Shown: positions 41,427 through 51,876, counted from the first letter of the stretch. The stretch: DNA of 64,000 nucleotides from Candidatus Levyibacteriota bacterium (GCA_038253825.1 JBBSGT010000003.1:463-64462); one strand, 5' to 3'. Program-made: numbers and translations. The notes: generated from the sequence alone by a model not told the origin.

Positions 41427-42563
41427 ATGATAATTGGAATTGATGGGAATGAAGCAAATGTGAGAAAACGAGTGGGCATTAGTGAATATGCTTATCAATT
41501 GTTGGTGCAGTTTGTGAGCGAAAAATATCGTGACCGCGGCCTCAAATTTGTTGTCTACTTAAAAGATGAACCGCTTGATCACATGCCGAAAACAAGTAAG
41601 AACTTTGCATATCGCATTGTTAAACCAGGCAAACTATGGACACAATGGCGTTTACCTCTTGATCTGTACTTTCATCGGCCTCGGCCTGATATCTTCTTTA
41701 GCATGACACACTATGCGCCTCGTTTTTCACCTGTGCCTACAGTAGTTTCAATAATGGACGTTGCATACGAGCATTTTCCGGAGCTTTTTAACCAAGCAGA
41801 TTTGTATCAGCTCAAAAATTGGACAAAATACTCAGTACATAATGCTAAACGAGTTTTGACAATTAGTGACTCAAGCAGAGATGATATAATAAAAATATAT
41901 GGTTCATCTCCGGAAAAGGTGAAGACGATTTATCCGGGAATAAAAGAGATTGCATCTCTTGAACCACATGTTTTTGGTATGAATCAGTTACAAGCAAAAT
42001 ACGATATCTCTGATAACTACGTCCTCTTTGTCGGCACGTTACAACCACGCAAAAATATTGCTCGTTTAATCGAAGCATTCGCGAAAGTTAGCCAAGAAAA
42101 ACTGCAAGATAAGCCATTAGACTTAGTAATCATTGGTCGAAAAGGATGGCTTTATGAAGAAATTTTGGCGGCACCGGAGAAGTTTGGTATTTCAGACCGT
42201 GTTAAATTTCTTGAGGGAATCCAAGATGATGAGCTTAATATTTTTTATAAACATGCGCTTTGCTATGTCCTTCCTAGTCTCTATGAAGGATTTGGTTTGC
42301 CCGTTATCGAAGCAATGCAACGTGGTTGTCCGGTTATTACAAGTAACGTTTCCAGTATGCCTGAGGCTGGTGGGGATGCTGCACTCTATGTAGATCCTAA
42401 AAATGTTGATGATATCGTGGAAAAGATTACGTTGCTCGTAACGGATAAGAAGATGAGAGAGGATTTGATTGAAAAAGGGAAAAAACAGGTGAAGAAATTT
42501 AGTTGGAAAAAAGCAGCCAAAGAAACGCTAGAGGTTTTACAAGAAGTCGGAGCTAAAAAATAA
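41427..42563 (+). CDS. GT4 family glycosyltransferase
   Basis: 'SLYEGFGLPVIEAMQRGCPVITSNVSSMPEAGGDAA'. Confidence 0.8.
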   Translation: MIIGIDGNEANVRKRVGISEYAYQLLVQFVSEKYRDRGLKFVVYLKDEPLDHMPKTSKNFAYRIVKPGKLWTQWRLPLDLYFHRPRPDIFFSMTHYAPRFSPVPTVVSIMDVAYEHFPELFNQADLYQLKNWTKYSVHNAKRVLTISDSSRDDIIKIYGSSPEKVKTIYPGIKEIASLEPHVFGMNQLQAKYDISDNYVLFVGTLQPRKNIARLIEAFAKVSQEKLQDKPLDLVIIGRKGWLYEEILAAPEKFGISDRVKFLEGIQDDELNIFYKHALCYVLPSLYEGFGLPVIEAMQRGCPVITSNVSSMPEAGGDAALYVDPKNVDDIVEKITLLVTDKKMREDLIEKGKKQVKKFSWKKAAKETLEVLQEVGAKK

Positions 42564-42576
42564 AAAGGTTAATGTT

Positions 42577-43170
42577 ATGAGAAATTTATTGAATGAGAAA
42601 ATGTCCAAAGAACAATTTATATCCAAAGGGAAAAATAGGGCAGGCACGGTGGGGCTGGAGTTGACTGTATTTCTTTTACATGTCATTGGTTGGTTTCCCT
42701 CGCATCATGTGAGACGCTTTTTTTATCGATTGACCGGAATGCATATTGGTGACGGATCAACTATTCATACCGGTGCAAGATTTTATAACCCTGGACAAAT
42801 TCGAATCGGCAATGATTCAATAATTGGTGAAGGTGTTGTATTGGATGGGCGCGCCTATCTGCGTATCGGTAATCATATAGATATAGCGTCAGAAGTGATG
42901 ATTTACAATTGCCAGCATGATATCCAGAGTGCAGATTTTCATGCAGTTTGTGAAGAAGTTGTGATTGACGATTATGTTTTTATTGGACCACGTGCAATTA
43001 TTTTGCCCGGAGTCACCTTAGGAAGAGGAGCAGTCGTAGCTGCAGGAGCAGTTGTGACAAAAAGTGTCGAACCGTTTGCAATTGTGGGTGGTGTTCCAGC
43101 CAAAGTAATCGGTGAACGGAAAAAAGAAGAACTGCATTATCAATTGGGAAGGGCTGCCTGGTTCAGATAA
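42577..43170 (+). CDS. Hexapeptide-repeat acetyltransferase (WcaF/CysE-like LbH)
   Basis: Hexapeptide repeats 'IGNDSIIGEGVVLDGRAYLRIGNHIDIAS...IGPRAIILPGVTLGRGAVVAAGAVV'. Confidence 0.7.
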   Translation: MRNLLNEKMSKEQFISKGKNRAGTVGLELTVFLLHVIGWFPSHHVRRFFYRLTGMHIGDGSTIHTGARFYNPGQIRIGNDSIIGEGVVLDGRAYLRIGNHIDIASEVMIYNCQHDIQSADFHAVCEEVVIDDYVFIGPRAIILPGVTLGRGAVVAAGAVVTKSVEPFAIVGGVPAKVIGERKKEELHYQLGRAAWFR

Positions 43171-43235
43171 AGCTAAAAGTATAAAACGGAAAACAGGTAT
43201 TTTTTTAGCTTTTAGTTTATCTTCTAGCTTTTATT

Positions 43236-44117
43236 ATGTTGCTTTCTATTATTCTCTTAAATTTTAATAAATCTCATTTAACAATTGCGTGTATGCAATC
43301 ATTGTATGAACACTTTAGGAATGAATTTAGCGATAATCTATTAGAAATTATTTTGGTAGATAATGCTTCAGGTGATGGATCGGTTCAGGAGTTAAAGAGT
43401 GCGATAAAACAGAACGACTACAAAAATTGTCTGTTAATCGAAAATAAGACCAATGATGGATTTAGTAAAGGTGTTAATAAAGGAGCTGAGGAGGCAAAAG
43501 GGGAATACTATCTCTTTTTAAACAACGACACGATTGTAAAAGATCGGGGAATTTGGGATATGATGCAGTATATGCAGTCTCACAGTGAAGTGTCGATTCT
43601 TGGAGGCAAACTGAGTAATGTAGATGGTTCGGACCAACCATCGGTTGGAAAGTTTTATATGCCGACACAAGTGACACTTCTTATGTTAGGTTTGCAAAAA
43701 TATGACATCATTGATAAAAATCCCGAAAAAATTGCAGAAGTGGATTGGGTTAAAGGGGGGTTACTAATGATCAGAAATGCCGTATTCAAAAAGCTGCATG
43801 GATTTGATGAAAAAATCTTTATGTATACAGAGGATATGGAATTATGTTATCGCGCCAAGCTAAACGGCTACAAAACCTTCTTTTATCCTTCTGTGCATGT
43901 TCTCCATGAAGAAACAGGAAGCTCAAATCGCGCTTTTGCCATTGTAAATATCTATGCAAATCTATTATACTTCTATAAGAAGCACCGCACGCACGGTGAG
44001 TATCTTTATTTACAATCGCTTCTGCGTATAAAAGCAGTTGCATTAATAGGAATTGGACGACTGCTCCGCAATTCCTACTTAGTCCAAACTTATGAAAAAG
44101 CTTTTAAAGTTACTTGA
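43236..44117 (+). CDS. GT2 family glycosyltransferase
   Basis: 'LSIILLNFNKSHLTIACMQSL...ILVDNASGDGS', 'NNDT', 'TEDMELCYRAKLNGY'. Confidence 0.75.
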   Translation: MLLSIILLNFNKSHLTIACMQSLYEHFRNEFSDNLLEIILVDNASGDGSVQELKSAIKQNDYKNCLLIENKTNDGFSKGVNKGAEEAKGEYYLFLNNDTIVKDRGIWDMMQYMQSHSEVSILGGKLSNVDGSDQPSVGKFYMPTQVTLLMLGLQKYDIIDKNPEKIAEVDWVKGGLLMIRNAVFKKLHGFDEKIFMYTEDMELCYRAKLNGYKTFFYPSVHVLHEETGSSNRAFAIVNIYANLLYFYKKHRTHGEYLYLQSLLRIKAVALIGIGRLLRNSYLVQTYEKAFKVT

Positions 44118-47100
44118 TGATAACTTGCTGCGATTTGGAGTAGCATTTGCTATTTTATTTACCGCGCTCTACCCAAAACTCCCAAGCGTCCATGTCCCAC
44201 ACACATGGGTGTATGTCAGATTGGAAGATTTTCTTATTTTATTCTTAGTATTTATTTGCTTAATCCAATTACTCAGAAGAAAAATCGCCTTGCCGAGACC
44301 CGAAGGATACGCGCTTGTGATCTATTGGATTGTCGGGGCGATTTCTCTTGTCTATTGTATAGCTTTCGTCATCCCTGGTTTACCTATTGAATTTTTCCCA
44401 AGTATAGCCTGGCTCGAGTTCTTGCGGAGAATAGAGTATATGATTTTGTTCTTCGTGGCATTTTCTACTGTCCGTAATCAAAGAGATGTGAGGTTTTATC
44501 TCACAACGCTTGCTATTACACTCTCTTTGATTATCTGTTACGGATTCGGACAGAAGTTCTATCCGCTAATTTGGAATTTCTTTCCAGAGTTTTTTAAACA
44601 TCACCAATTTTGTTTCCCGGCTTTCCTAACAGGAAATGAAGAGTTTGCAAAGGGGACGCCTTTATGTCTTGATTCGTTGTCACGTATTAGTTCTACCTTT
44701 GGGGGACATTATGATTTGGCAGCATATTTAGTTCTTGTTATACCTATTTTTATTGCGCTTTTTATTGTTGTCAGACGTTGGTATATCAAGATTCCATTTG
44801 CCATTCTTGTCGTTTTGGGACTAGAATTGCTTAATTTCACATCATCACGAACTTCTTTTGCAGCATATGTTTTGGGTGCTATCAGTATGTTGATTCTTTG
44901 GAAAAAGAAACTATGGATTATTCCTGTTTTGCTTGCTAGTATCGGTATTCTCTTTTTCCTAAGTAATGCTACCTTGCAGCGTTTCGCGAAGACGATTCAA
45001 CCGGTACAGGTTGTTCAAATACAACCGGGTTCTACCACTTCTGATCAGGATATTCAAAAGATTATAAGTACGACACAACAGAAAAATGCCAATAAAAAGC
45101 CTCAGACACCCGCCCCTGGTACTGTGACGATTGGAAATGACAGTAGTTTAGCAAGCGGCAGTAGTCAAGTTCTTACTGCTGAAGATTTAGCGTCATTACA
45201 GGCAAATGGCAGCATCTCAACTGTGTCCGGTTCATTCTTGTTGAAAAAAGCATATGCGCTTGATATTTCTTCTACTACGCGTTTTCAAGCAGAATGGCCA
45301 CGAGACTGGAATGCCTTCTTGTACAGTCCAGTTTTCGGAACAGGCTATTCTTCTTTAACGCTTGCATCCGATAATGATTATCTCCGCGCCTTGGGAGAAA
45401 CAGGGCTTGCAGGATTCCTAGCATTCCTTTTTATATTCGTAATATTTGGCATCTTTCTCAAAGAGGTTGCACATTCTGTTGAAGATCGAGTTACGCAAGC
45501 CTTCTTGTTTGGACTGGCTGGAGGCGTTATCGGTCTTTTAATTAATGCAGTATTGATTGATGTCTTTGAAGCCTCAAAAGTTGCGGAACCACTGTGGATT
45601 CTTTTGGGTATTGCTTTGGGAGCAGCGAAACTTTATCACAAAAAAGCAATTAATTATAAAAAAGAGCTTCTCATATTTTTAACCTCCAATACCTTGATTA
45701 TCATATATTTATTTGTTCTTGTATTTACCATTTTTGGTTCGTCAATCAATAACTTCTTCGTAGCTGATGACTATAGTTGGCTAAAATGGGCTGCAACGGC
45801 GGTACCGTCGGATCTTATGAAATACTTTGTATATTTGCCGGACTTTTTCTATCGACCTCTGGATAAAATCATTGTTTATTTCCTCTATACGATTTTCTCC
45901 TTCCTTCCACAGGGATACCACATTTTCATTTTGTTGCTTCACTTTGTGACAAGTGTTGGTGTCTTTTTCTTAGCTAAAAAAATATCGCGAAGTAAATTAA
46001 TCGGTACTCTGACAGCTGTCTTATTTGTACTCCTTCCTGCACATACGGAAAATGTATTTTGGTTCTCAACAATTTCTGTTGAGCTGGGGGCATTATTTAT
46101 TATCTTTATGATGCTTACTTACATTAAATTCAGAGAAAATAATTCAATAGTCGGCTATATCCTGGCAATTCTTTTTGCGGCACTTGCATTCGTCACTTAT
46201 GAAATTGCCGTAATCACCCCATTAATACTCATGACACTCGATATCTTTATTCTCAAACCAAAAAGAAATATTCGCATTGTATACTCCTACATTCCTTTTG
46301 TGATTTTACTCGTTTTATATTTCGTTATGCGATTTGTTTCGCATGCTTTTTCAGGTGGTGGCGACTACAGTTATCATCTCAGTCGATTTATCCCAAACAT
46401 GATCGGAAACTTCTTGGGCTATACAGGTATGTATCTTGGTGGACCATCCTTTTTGTCTTTCTATAATACAGTTCGTGATAGTTTACGCTCAGACTGGATT
46501 TTCGTTTCCTTTGTTATTCTTGTCATTATTGGATTACTCATGTGGGCTATCTATACATACCGAAGGTCAGCAAAGGCAATGATCCATAATAAGGATATAC
46601 ACATTATTTTATTTTGCATAGTCTTTGCATTTATTTCCTTATTGCCGTTCTTACCACTGGGTAATATTGCACCGAGGTATTTGTATTTAGCTTCTGCTGG
46701 ATACACATTGGCGTTGGTTTCTATTTTAAAATTACTCTTCATACATTGGTTAAAACAACCAAAATATGTGACGAGTTTGTTGATTGTTGTTACCATTGGT
46801 TTGTCGTTTATCTCTATTGTGAATTTGCGTCAAGAACAAAACAAGTGGGAAAATGCCGGTTACATAACGCAAAACACCCTCCTCTTTTTTAGAAAAAATT
46901 ACGCAGGTTTAGGACAAGAGACTAATCTCTATTTTGTTAATACACCTGTGCAGGAAAACGGTGTGTGGGTATTTCCTGTTGGGCTTAATGACGGGTTGTG
47001 GATTATTTATCGAGATAAATTACCCCATGTTGTACAAGTGAATTCTCTTGAGGATGCGATGACGGCTGCAAATAGTGGTAATACAGATAATAACTATATC

Positions 47101-47142
47101 TTTGATTTTGATAAAAATGGGAGTATTCAGCAGGTTAGGTAA
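44092..47142 (+). CDS. 1016-aa fusion membrane protein: N-terminal O-antigen ligase/polymerase-like (Wzy_C) domain plus C-terminal GT-C-like polytopic domain
   Basis: The N-terminal half has a TM bundle with 'LNFTSSRTSFAAYVLG' and 'YSPVFGTGYSSLTLASDNDYLRALGETGLAGFLAF', the characteristic O-antigen-ligase block. A low-complexity Thr/Ser/Gln linker follows at about aa 300-370. The C-terminal half (from about aa 540) is a second TM bundle with an 'ADDYSW' acidic loop. Confidence 0.55.
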   Translation: MKKLLKLLDDNLLRFGVAFAILFTALYPKLPSVHVPHTWVYVRLEDFLILFLVFICLIQLLRRKIALPRPEGYALVIYWIVGAISLVYCIAFVIPGLPIEFFPSIAWLEFLRRIEYMILFFVAFSTVRNQRDVRFYLTTLAITLSLIICYGFGQKFYPLIWNFFPEFFKHHQFCFPAFLTGNEEFAKGTPLCLDSLSRISSTFGGHYDLAAYLVLVIPIFIALFIVVRRWYIKIPFAILVVLGLELLNFTSSRTSFAAYVLGAISMLILWKKKLWIIPVLLASIGILFFLSNATLQRFAKTIQPVQVVQIQPGSTTSDQDIQKIISTTQQKNANKKPQTPAPGTVTIGNDSSLASGSSQVLTAEDLASLQANGSISTVSGSFLLKKAYALDISSTTRFQAEWPRDWNAFLYSPVFGTGYSSLTLASDNDYLRALGETGLAGFLAFLFIFVIFGIFLKEVAHSVEDRVTQAFLFGLAGGVIGLLINAVLIDVFEASKVAEPLWILLGIALGAAKLYHKKAINYKKELLIFLTSNTLIIIYLFVLVFTIFGSSINNFFVADDYSWLKWAATAVPSDLMKYFVYLPDFFYRPLDKIIVYFLYTIFSFLPQGYHIFILLLHFVTSVGVFFLAKKISRSKLIGTLTAVLFVLLPAHTENVFWFSTISVELGALFIIFMMLTYIKFRENNSIVGYILAILFAALAFVTYEIAVITPLILMTLDIFILKPKRNIRIVYSYIPFVILLVLYFVMRFVSHAFSGGGDYSYHLSRFIPNMIGNFLGYTGMYLGGPSFLSFYNTVRDSLRSDWIFVSFVILVIIGLLMWAIYTYRRSAKAMIHNKDIHIILFCIVFAFISLLPFLPLGNIAPRYLYLASAGYTLALVSILKLLFIHWLKQPKYVTSLLIVVTIGLSFISIVNLRQEQNKWENAGYITQNTLLFFRKNYAGLGQETNLYFVNTPVQENGVWVFPVGLNDGLWIIYRDKLPHVVQVNSLEDAMTAANSGNTDNNYIFDFDKNGSIQQVR

Positions 47143-47166
47143 CTTATTTGCTATAATAGTAAAATC

Positions 47167-48660
47167 ATGCATGAGTTTATAAAAAAAGTAGCGAAATACA
47201 AACTACTCTTTCAAATCGCAATTATAGCTTTGTTTTTTGTTGGTGGTGCTGCACTTCGCTTTCATGCCTTCAATAATCCGATTGCTGATTGGCATAGTTG
47301 GCGGCAAGCAGATACAGCAGCAGTTACCCGTAATTTCGTGAAAGACGGGTTTAATCCACTTTTTCCCCAGTTTGATTCATTCCATGCCCTCAACGATGCG
47401 CAACTTCCTGATCCAAACCGATATTTCTTTGCAGAATTCCCAATATATAACATCATTACCTATTATGGCTATACGATTTTTGGTCATTTTACTATTGAAG
47501 AGTGGGGAAGACTCGTCAGCATTTTCTTTTCTTCTCTTGGAATAGTTTTTCTTTATCTTTTGGTCAAACAGTACTCTTCCGAAAAAGTTGCATTGGTTGC
47601 AGCATTTGTCTTTGCGTTTCTTCCATATAACGTCTATTACGGGAGAGTTACCATGCCTGATCCGATGCATATTACATTTTCAATTCTTTCTCTTTATCTC
47701 ATAACGCTTTGGATAAGGACAAGTAAATGGTGGTGGGCAATTCTTGCAGGCGCTGCTTATGCCATTACGATTTTGACAAAACCATATGGCTTAGTCCTTC
47801 TTTTGCCCATTGCTTATCTTATGCTACGAAAATGGAAACATCGGCTTTTCCTTCGTCCAGAATTGTATCTTTTTGCAATTATTGGTTTCGTACCTTATCT
47901 CTTATGGAAACATCATATAGATATGTATCCGCAAGGTCAGTTTGGTACAGCATGGCTTTTTAATCAAGGCAATATTCGTTTCACCGGTGCCTACTTCCAC
48001 TGGCTCATTTACGATCGTATGAATCGGCTCATCTTTGCCACGGGAGGCTTTGTACTTTTTTGGCTGGGTATTATCAAAGGCAATAATGAACGCGAGGGAT
48101 TATTCTATTATAGTTGGTTGGCTGCTGTCCTTATCTTTTTTGTCGTGATCGCCAAAGGGAATGTGACACATGATTATTATCAGATGCCAATCGTTCCTAT
48201 TGGTGCAATCCTCATCGGTAAAGGAATTGAATTTCTCCTCGAGTACGGACTGCGTTGGTATCATCGCGTGATCAATGTTGGTGTGGCGCTTGCCTTGCTT
48301 TTATTGATGTTGGCGTTTGGGTGGTTTGAAGTGCGTGGTTATTACAACATCAATCATCCCGAGATAGTAGAGGCAGGTCAAGCAGTAGATAAAATGTTGC
48401 CAAAAGATGCGAAAGTCATTGCACCATATGATAATGATTCGTCATTTTTATATCTGACTAACCGCCACGGATGGCCGATCGGTGGGACAGATATCCCGAA
48501 ATGGATTCATGATGGTGCACAATACCTCGTTTCAGTTAACTACGATGATACGACTAACTATTGGCTAAAAAAATGCTCAGTTGTCACAAAAAATCCAAAA
48601 TTTGTTATTATTAATTTAACAAAATGCAAAGGTCCAATTGAAAATCCACCACAAAAATGA
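47167..48660 (+). CDS. PMT_2/ArnT-like (GT-C) membrane glycosyltransferase
   Basis: 497 aa. First-loop 'DWHSWRQADTAAVTRNF', more than 10 TM helices, C-terminal soluble domain. Confidence 0.5.
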   Translation: MHEFIKKVAKYKLLFQIAIIALFFVGGAALRFHAFNNPIADWHSWRQADTAAVTRNFVKDGFNPLFPQFDSFHALNDAQLPDPNRYFFAEFPIYNIITYYGYTIFGHFTIEEWGRLVSIFFSSLGIVFLYLLVKQYSSEKVALVAAFVFAFLPYNVYYGRVTMPDPMHITFSILSLYLITLWIRTSKWWWAILAGAAYAITILTKPYGLVLLLPIAYLMLRKWKHRLFLRPELYLFAIIGFVPYLLWKHHIDMYPQGQFGTAWLFNQGNIRFTGAYFHWLIYDRMNRLIFATGGFVLFWLGIIKGNNEREGLFYYSWLAAVLIFFVVIAKGNVTHDYYQMPIVPIGAILIGKGIEFLLEYGLRWYHRVINVGVALALLLLMLAFGWFEVRGYYNINHPEIVEAGQAVDKMLPKDAKVIAPYDNDSSFLYLTNRHGWPIGGTDIPKWIHDGAQYLVSVNYDDTTNYWLKKCSVVTKNPKFVIINLTKCKGPIENPPQK

Positions 48661-49598
48661 AAAAGCTTATTACGATTGGTAACATTTATCTAGATAATAA
48701 TATCTTCAAGGTTGATACCGGAGGACAAAAAGCTCTTACTGTAGGCAAAGAATATTTTGCAGAAAAAAGTGAAAAAGTGCTAGGAGGATCAGCGGTAAAT
48801 TTTGCGATGCAAGCTCAAAACCTAGGATTATCGACAGCTTTTTTAGGAAGAGTTGGCGATGATGAGGAAGGGCAGGAAATAAAAAATTTGTTACAAGAAA
48901 AGCATATCAGTGCTGATTTAGTCACAACAGCTCCCGAAGATCAAACAAGTATTGCCTTTAATGTCGTACTTACCGATGGAGAGTTTGTAAGTTTTCATTG
49001 GGGCAATGCAAGTCGCCATTTAGATGCAGACCAGATAGACCTAGCCCATCCTCTTTTTAATCAAACAGATGCAGTCTATTTCGGTGGAACTGCAAAACAA
49101 GAAAAAGTGTTAGACAAATTTCCTATACTTTTCCATGAACTCCATAAAAAAGGGATAAAAATCATTATTGACCCCAATCGTTTTCCTGTCAATGAACAGA
49201 ATATAAAAAGAGAAATGCTGTTAGAGTCATTTCAATATGTTGATTGTTATTTGCCCAATGAGGAGGAAATAAAACAAGTTGCGCAAGAGGAAAACTTGGA
49301 CACAGCACTAGAGAAAGTAATCAATAAAGGCACGAAATTAATTGTCGTAAAGATGGGTGCGAAAGGCTGTCGAATAAAATCAAGCACTGAAGATATAATC
49401 ATCCCAGGGTTTACTGTTATACCCATAACAACAGTAGGGGCTGGAGACACGTTCAATGCTGGATTCGTTTCCCAATATTTAGTTAGTAAATCGCTTGAGG
49501 AATGTGCTCGATTTGCCAATGCATGTGCTGCAATCAAAGTAAGTGAAAATAAATTTGCTGAGTTACCTGAAGTAGAAAAGTTTTTAGTAACTCATTAA
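48657..49598 (+). CDS. PfkB-family carbohydrate kinase (ribokinase-like)
   Basis: 'GGSAVNFAMQAQNLG' and C-terminal 'TVGAGDTFNAGFV' anion-hole motif. Confidence 0.75.
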   Translation: MKKLITIGNIYLDNNIFKVDTGGQKALTVGKEYFAEKSEKVLGGSAVNFAMQAQNLGLSTAFLGRVGDDEEGQEIKNLLQEKHISADLVTTAPEDQTSIAFNVVLTDGEFVSFHWGNASRHLDADQIDLAHPLFNQTDAVYFGGTAKQEKVLDKFPILFHELHKKGIKIIIDPNRFPVNEQNIKREMLLESFQYVDCYLPNEEEIKQVAQEENLDTALEKVINKGTKLIVVKMGAKGCRIKSSTEDIIIPGFTVIPITTVGAGDTFNAGFVSQYLVSKSLEECARFANACAAIKVSENKFAELPEVEKFLVTH

Positions 49599-49619
49599 AT
49601 ACCAAACCTGGACAGGTAT

Positions 49620-50897
49620 GTGAGAAAGCTATATACTTTAGATGTGAAAATATTAGTCGTTTCATCTTATCTTCCTTACCCCCTTTTTTCTGGTGGTCAA
49701 GTCAGACTCTATAATCTGCTGAAAGAATTGTCGGCTCGGCATGAAATAACACTGGTTTGTGAAATGCGTTCGCACCAATCAAAGGAAGATATCAAAGAGC
49801 TTGAAAAGATATGCAAACATGTAATTACTGTTCCAAGAAAGAAGCAATGGAGTATGAGTAACGTCGTAAAATCCGCATCTTCCCATAATTCCTTTCTTTC
49901 AACCGGTCACACGCTTTCGGAAATGAAAAAGAAATTGGCAGAGATTATGGCACAGGAAAAATTTGATGTCATTCATGTTGAAACATTTTATGTAATGCAA
50001 AATCTGCCCCAAACGTCTCTCCCCATAGTCTTGGTGGAACACAATATCGAATATACAGTTTACGAAAAATTTAGAAATCGCGCTCCGGCTCCATTCCGTT
50101 CACTTTTGGCGATGGATATTAGAAAGATAAAAGCTGAAGAAGAAATGTTTTGGCATGAAGCAAGCGCTTTGGTGGCGGTCTCAAATGAAGACAAACGGGT
50201 AATGGAAAAAGAGGGAAGACATCCATTTCTGGTTTCCAATGGTGTCAATACCGATCAGTTTTTTTACAAAAATATAAAGAAGAGTTTTGCGCAAAAAGAA
50301 AAAAGGATTCTTTTTATAGGAGATTTTACGTGGATTCAAAATCAGGATACGGTGAAGTTTATTATTAATGAGGTTTGGCCGCAGATTAAGAAACAACTTC
50401 AAAATGTCATTCCAAACGAAGTGAAGAATCCCACAGGAGCTAAGAGATCCTTGGCTAATGCTCAGGATGACATTAAATTGTGGATTGTCGGGCGGAATAT
50501 TCCTGATTCGATTAGAGGTTTGAGTAATGATCACGATGTACTGTTTGATCAAGAAAGCTCTGCCAAACCAACGGAGAAGATTTTTCAGGAGGCAGCGGTT
50601 TTGCTCGCACCGATTCGGGTTGGTGGAGGAACTAGTTATAAAATTCTTGAATCAATGTCTTGTGGTACACCTGTGGTGACTATGAATCTCAGTGCAAATG
50701 CTCTGGAAGCTAACGATCAACAGGATATTATGGTTGGTGGTACTCCTGAAGAATTGGCCAGTAAAACACTGGATTTACTCATAAACGAAAGTATTTATAA
50801 AAAAATTAGTAAAAACGGACGAACACTCATCGAAAACAATTATACATGGAAAGAAATTGCTAAAAAATTAGAAGCAGTATATGAAAGTGTCAAATAA
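49620..50897 (+). CDS. GT4 family glycosyltransferase (GTG start)
   Basis: 'VGGGTSYKILESMSCGTPVVTMNLSANALE' C-terminal motif. The only in-frame start is a GTG at 49620. Confidence 0.75.
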   Translation: MRKLYTLDVKILVVSSYLPYPLFSGGQVRLYNLLKELSARHEITLVCEMRSHQSKEDIKELEKICKHVITVPRKKQWSMSNVVKSASSHNSFLSTGHTLSEMKKKLAEIMAQEKFDVIHVETFYVMQNLPQTSLPIVLVEHNIEYTVYEKFRNRAPAPFRSLLAMDIRKIKAEEEMFWHEASALVAVSNEDKRVMEKEGRHPFLVSNGVNTDQFFYKNIKKSFAQKEKRILFIGDFTWIQNQDTVKFIINEVWPQIKKQLQNVIPNEVKNPTGAKRSLANAQDDIKLWIVGRNIPDSIRGLSNDHDVLFDQESSAKPTEKIFQEAAVLLAPIRVGGGTSYKILESMSCGTPVVTMNLSANALEANDQQDIMVGGTPEELASKTLDLLINESIYKKISKNGRTLIENNYTWKEIAKKLEAVYESVK

Positions 50898-50955
50898 GTT
50901 ATCATTCGAAAGGAATTTGAGATCATATCACTTCGCTTCAGGATGACAACTCTTT

Positions 50956-51876
50956 ATGAACCAAGCAACTTTATCAATCGTTATTGTTAATTACAATACA
51001 AAAAAACTTACCCTGGAATCGATCGAGTCGATTGAAAAAAACTATCCGGCGGAAGTTGGTTCTGGAGAGTATGAAGTTATCGTTACGGATAATGCATCTC
51101 CTGACGGCTCGTATGAAGCCTTCAAAGCATATGCCACGAAAACCAAAATCAAGTCGTTTCACGCAATTGATAACGGTGGCAATATTGGCTTTGCGGCCGG
51201 GAACAATAAAGGAATTTCCTATACAACTGGCAGGTATATTCTTTTTCTTAATCCTGATACAGTTGTGTATCCAAAAACACTGACTCGTTTGGTAGATTTT
51301 ATGGGAGATCATCCGAGAGCTGGTGCTGTCACTTGTAAAGTTGCAATTCCGAGTGGAGGAATTGATGAAGCTTCACATCGCGGTTTTCCGACGCCTTGGA
51401 ATGGGTTTACACATTTTTCTCGTTTGGAACGCGTTTTTCCGAAAAGTCATGTGTTTGCAGGCTATACACAAGGATGGAAAGATCTTGACACGGTACATAC
51501 AGTTGATGCTATCGTGGGGGCTTTTATGATGGTCAGGCGCGAAGTAGGAGAGCTGGTCGGTTGGTGGGATGAAGATTACTTTTTTTACGGTGAGGATTTG
51601 CAGTTTTGTTACAACATAAAGAAAAAAGGATATGAAATTTATTATATTCCTGATGTGAGCATTTTGCATTATGGCGGGGTTTCAAGCGGTCTCAAGAAGC
51701 AATCGCATACGATTACGACTGCGGATATTGAACGAAAGAATATTATGCAGGGGCATCGATTTGATGCCATGCGGATTTTCTTCAAAAAGAATTATCAAGA
51801 CACTTATCCCAAAACAGTCCATTGGCTTGTTCACAAAGGCATCAATTTCCTCCACAAAAGAAATATAAAACAGTAA
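50956..51876 (+). CDS. GT2 family glycosyltransferase
   Basis: 'LSIVIVNYNTKKLTLESIESI...IVTDNASPDGS', 'NPDT', 'YGEDLQFCYNIKKKGY'. Confidence 0.75.
   Translation: MNQATLSIVIVNYNTKKLTLESIESIEKNYPAEVGSGEYEVIVTDNASPDGSYEAFKAYATKTKIKSFHAIDNGGNIGFAAGNNKGISYTTGRYILFLNPDTVVYPKTLTRLVDFMGDHPRAGAVTCKVAIPSGGIDEASHRGFPTPWNGFTHFSRLERVFPKSHVFAGYTQGWKDLDTVHTVDAIVGAFMMVRREVGELVGWWDEDYFFYGEDLQFCYNIKKKGYEIYYIPDVSILHYGGVSSGLKKQSHTITTADIERKNIMQGHRFDAMRIFFKKNYQDTYPKTVHWLVHKGINFLHKRNIKQ

Noticed and set aside
43171-43235. AT-rich hairpin (CTAAAAG...CTTTTAG, about 30-nt loop) after the acetyltransferase gene, considered as a terminator.
   Set aside because: The stem is only 7 bp and entirely A/T with a very large loop, so it is too weak to call. 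The following T-run more plausibly belongs to the promoter region of 43236.
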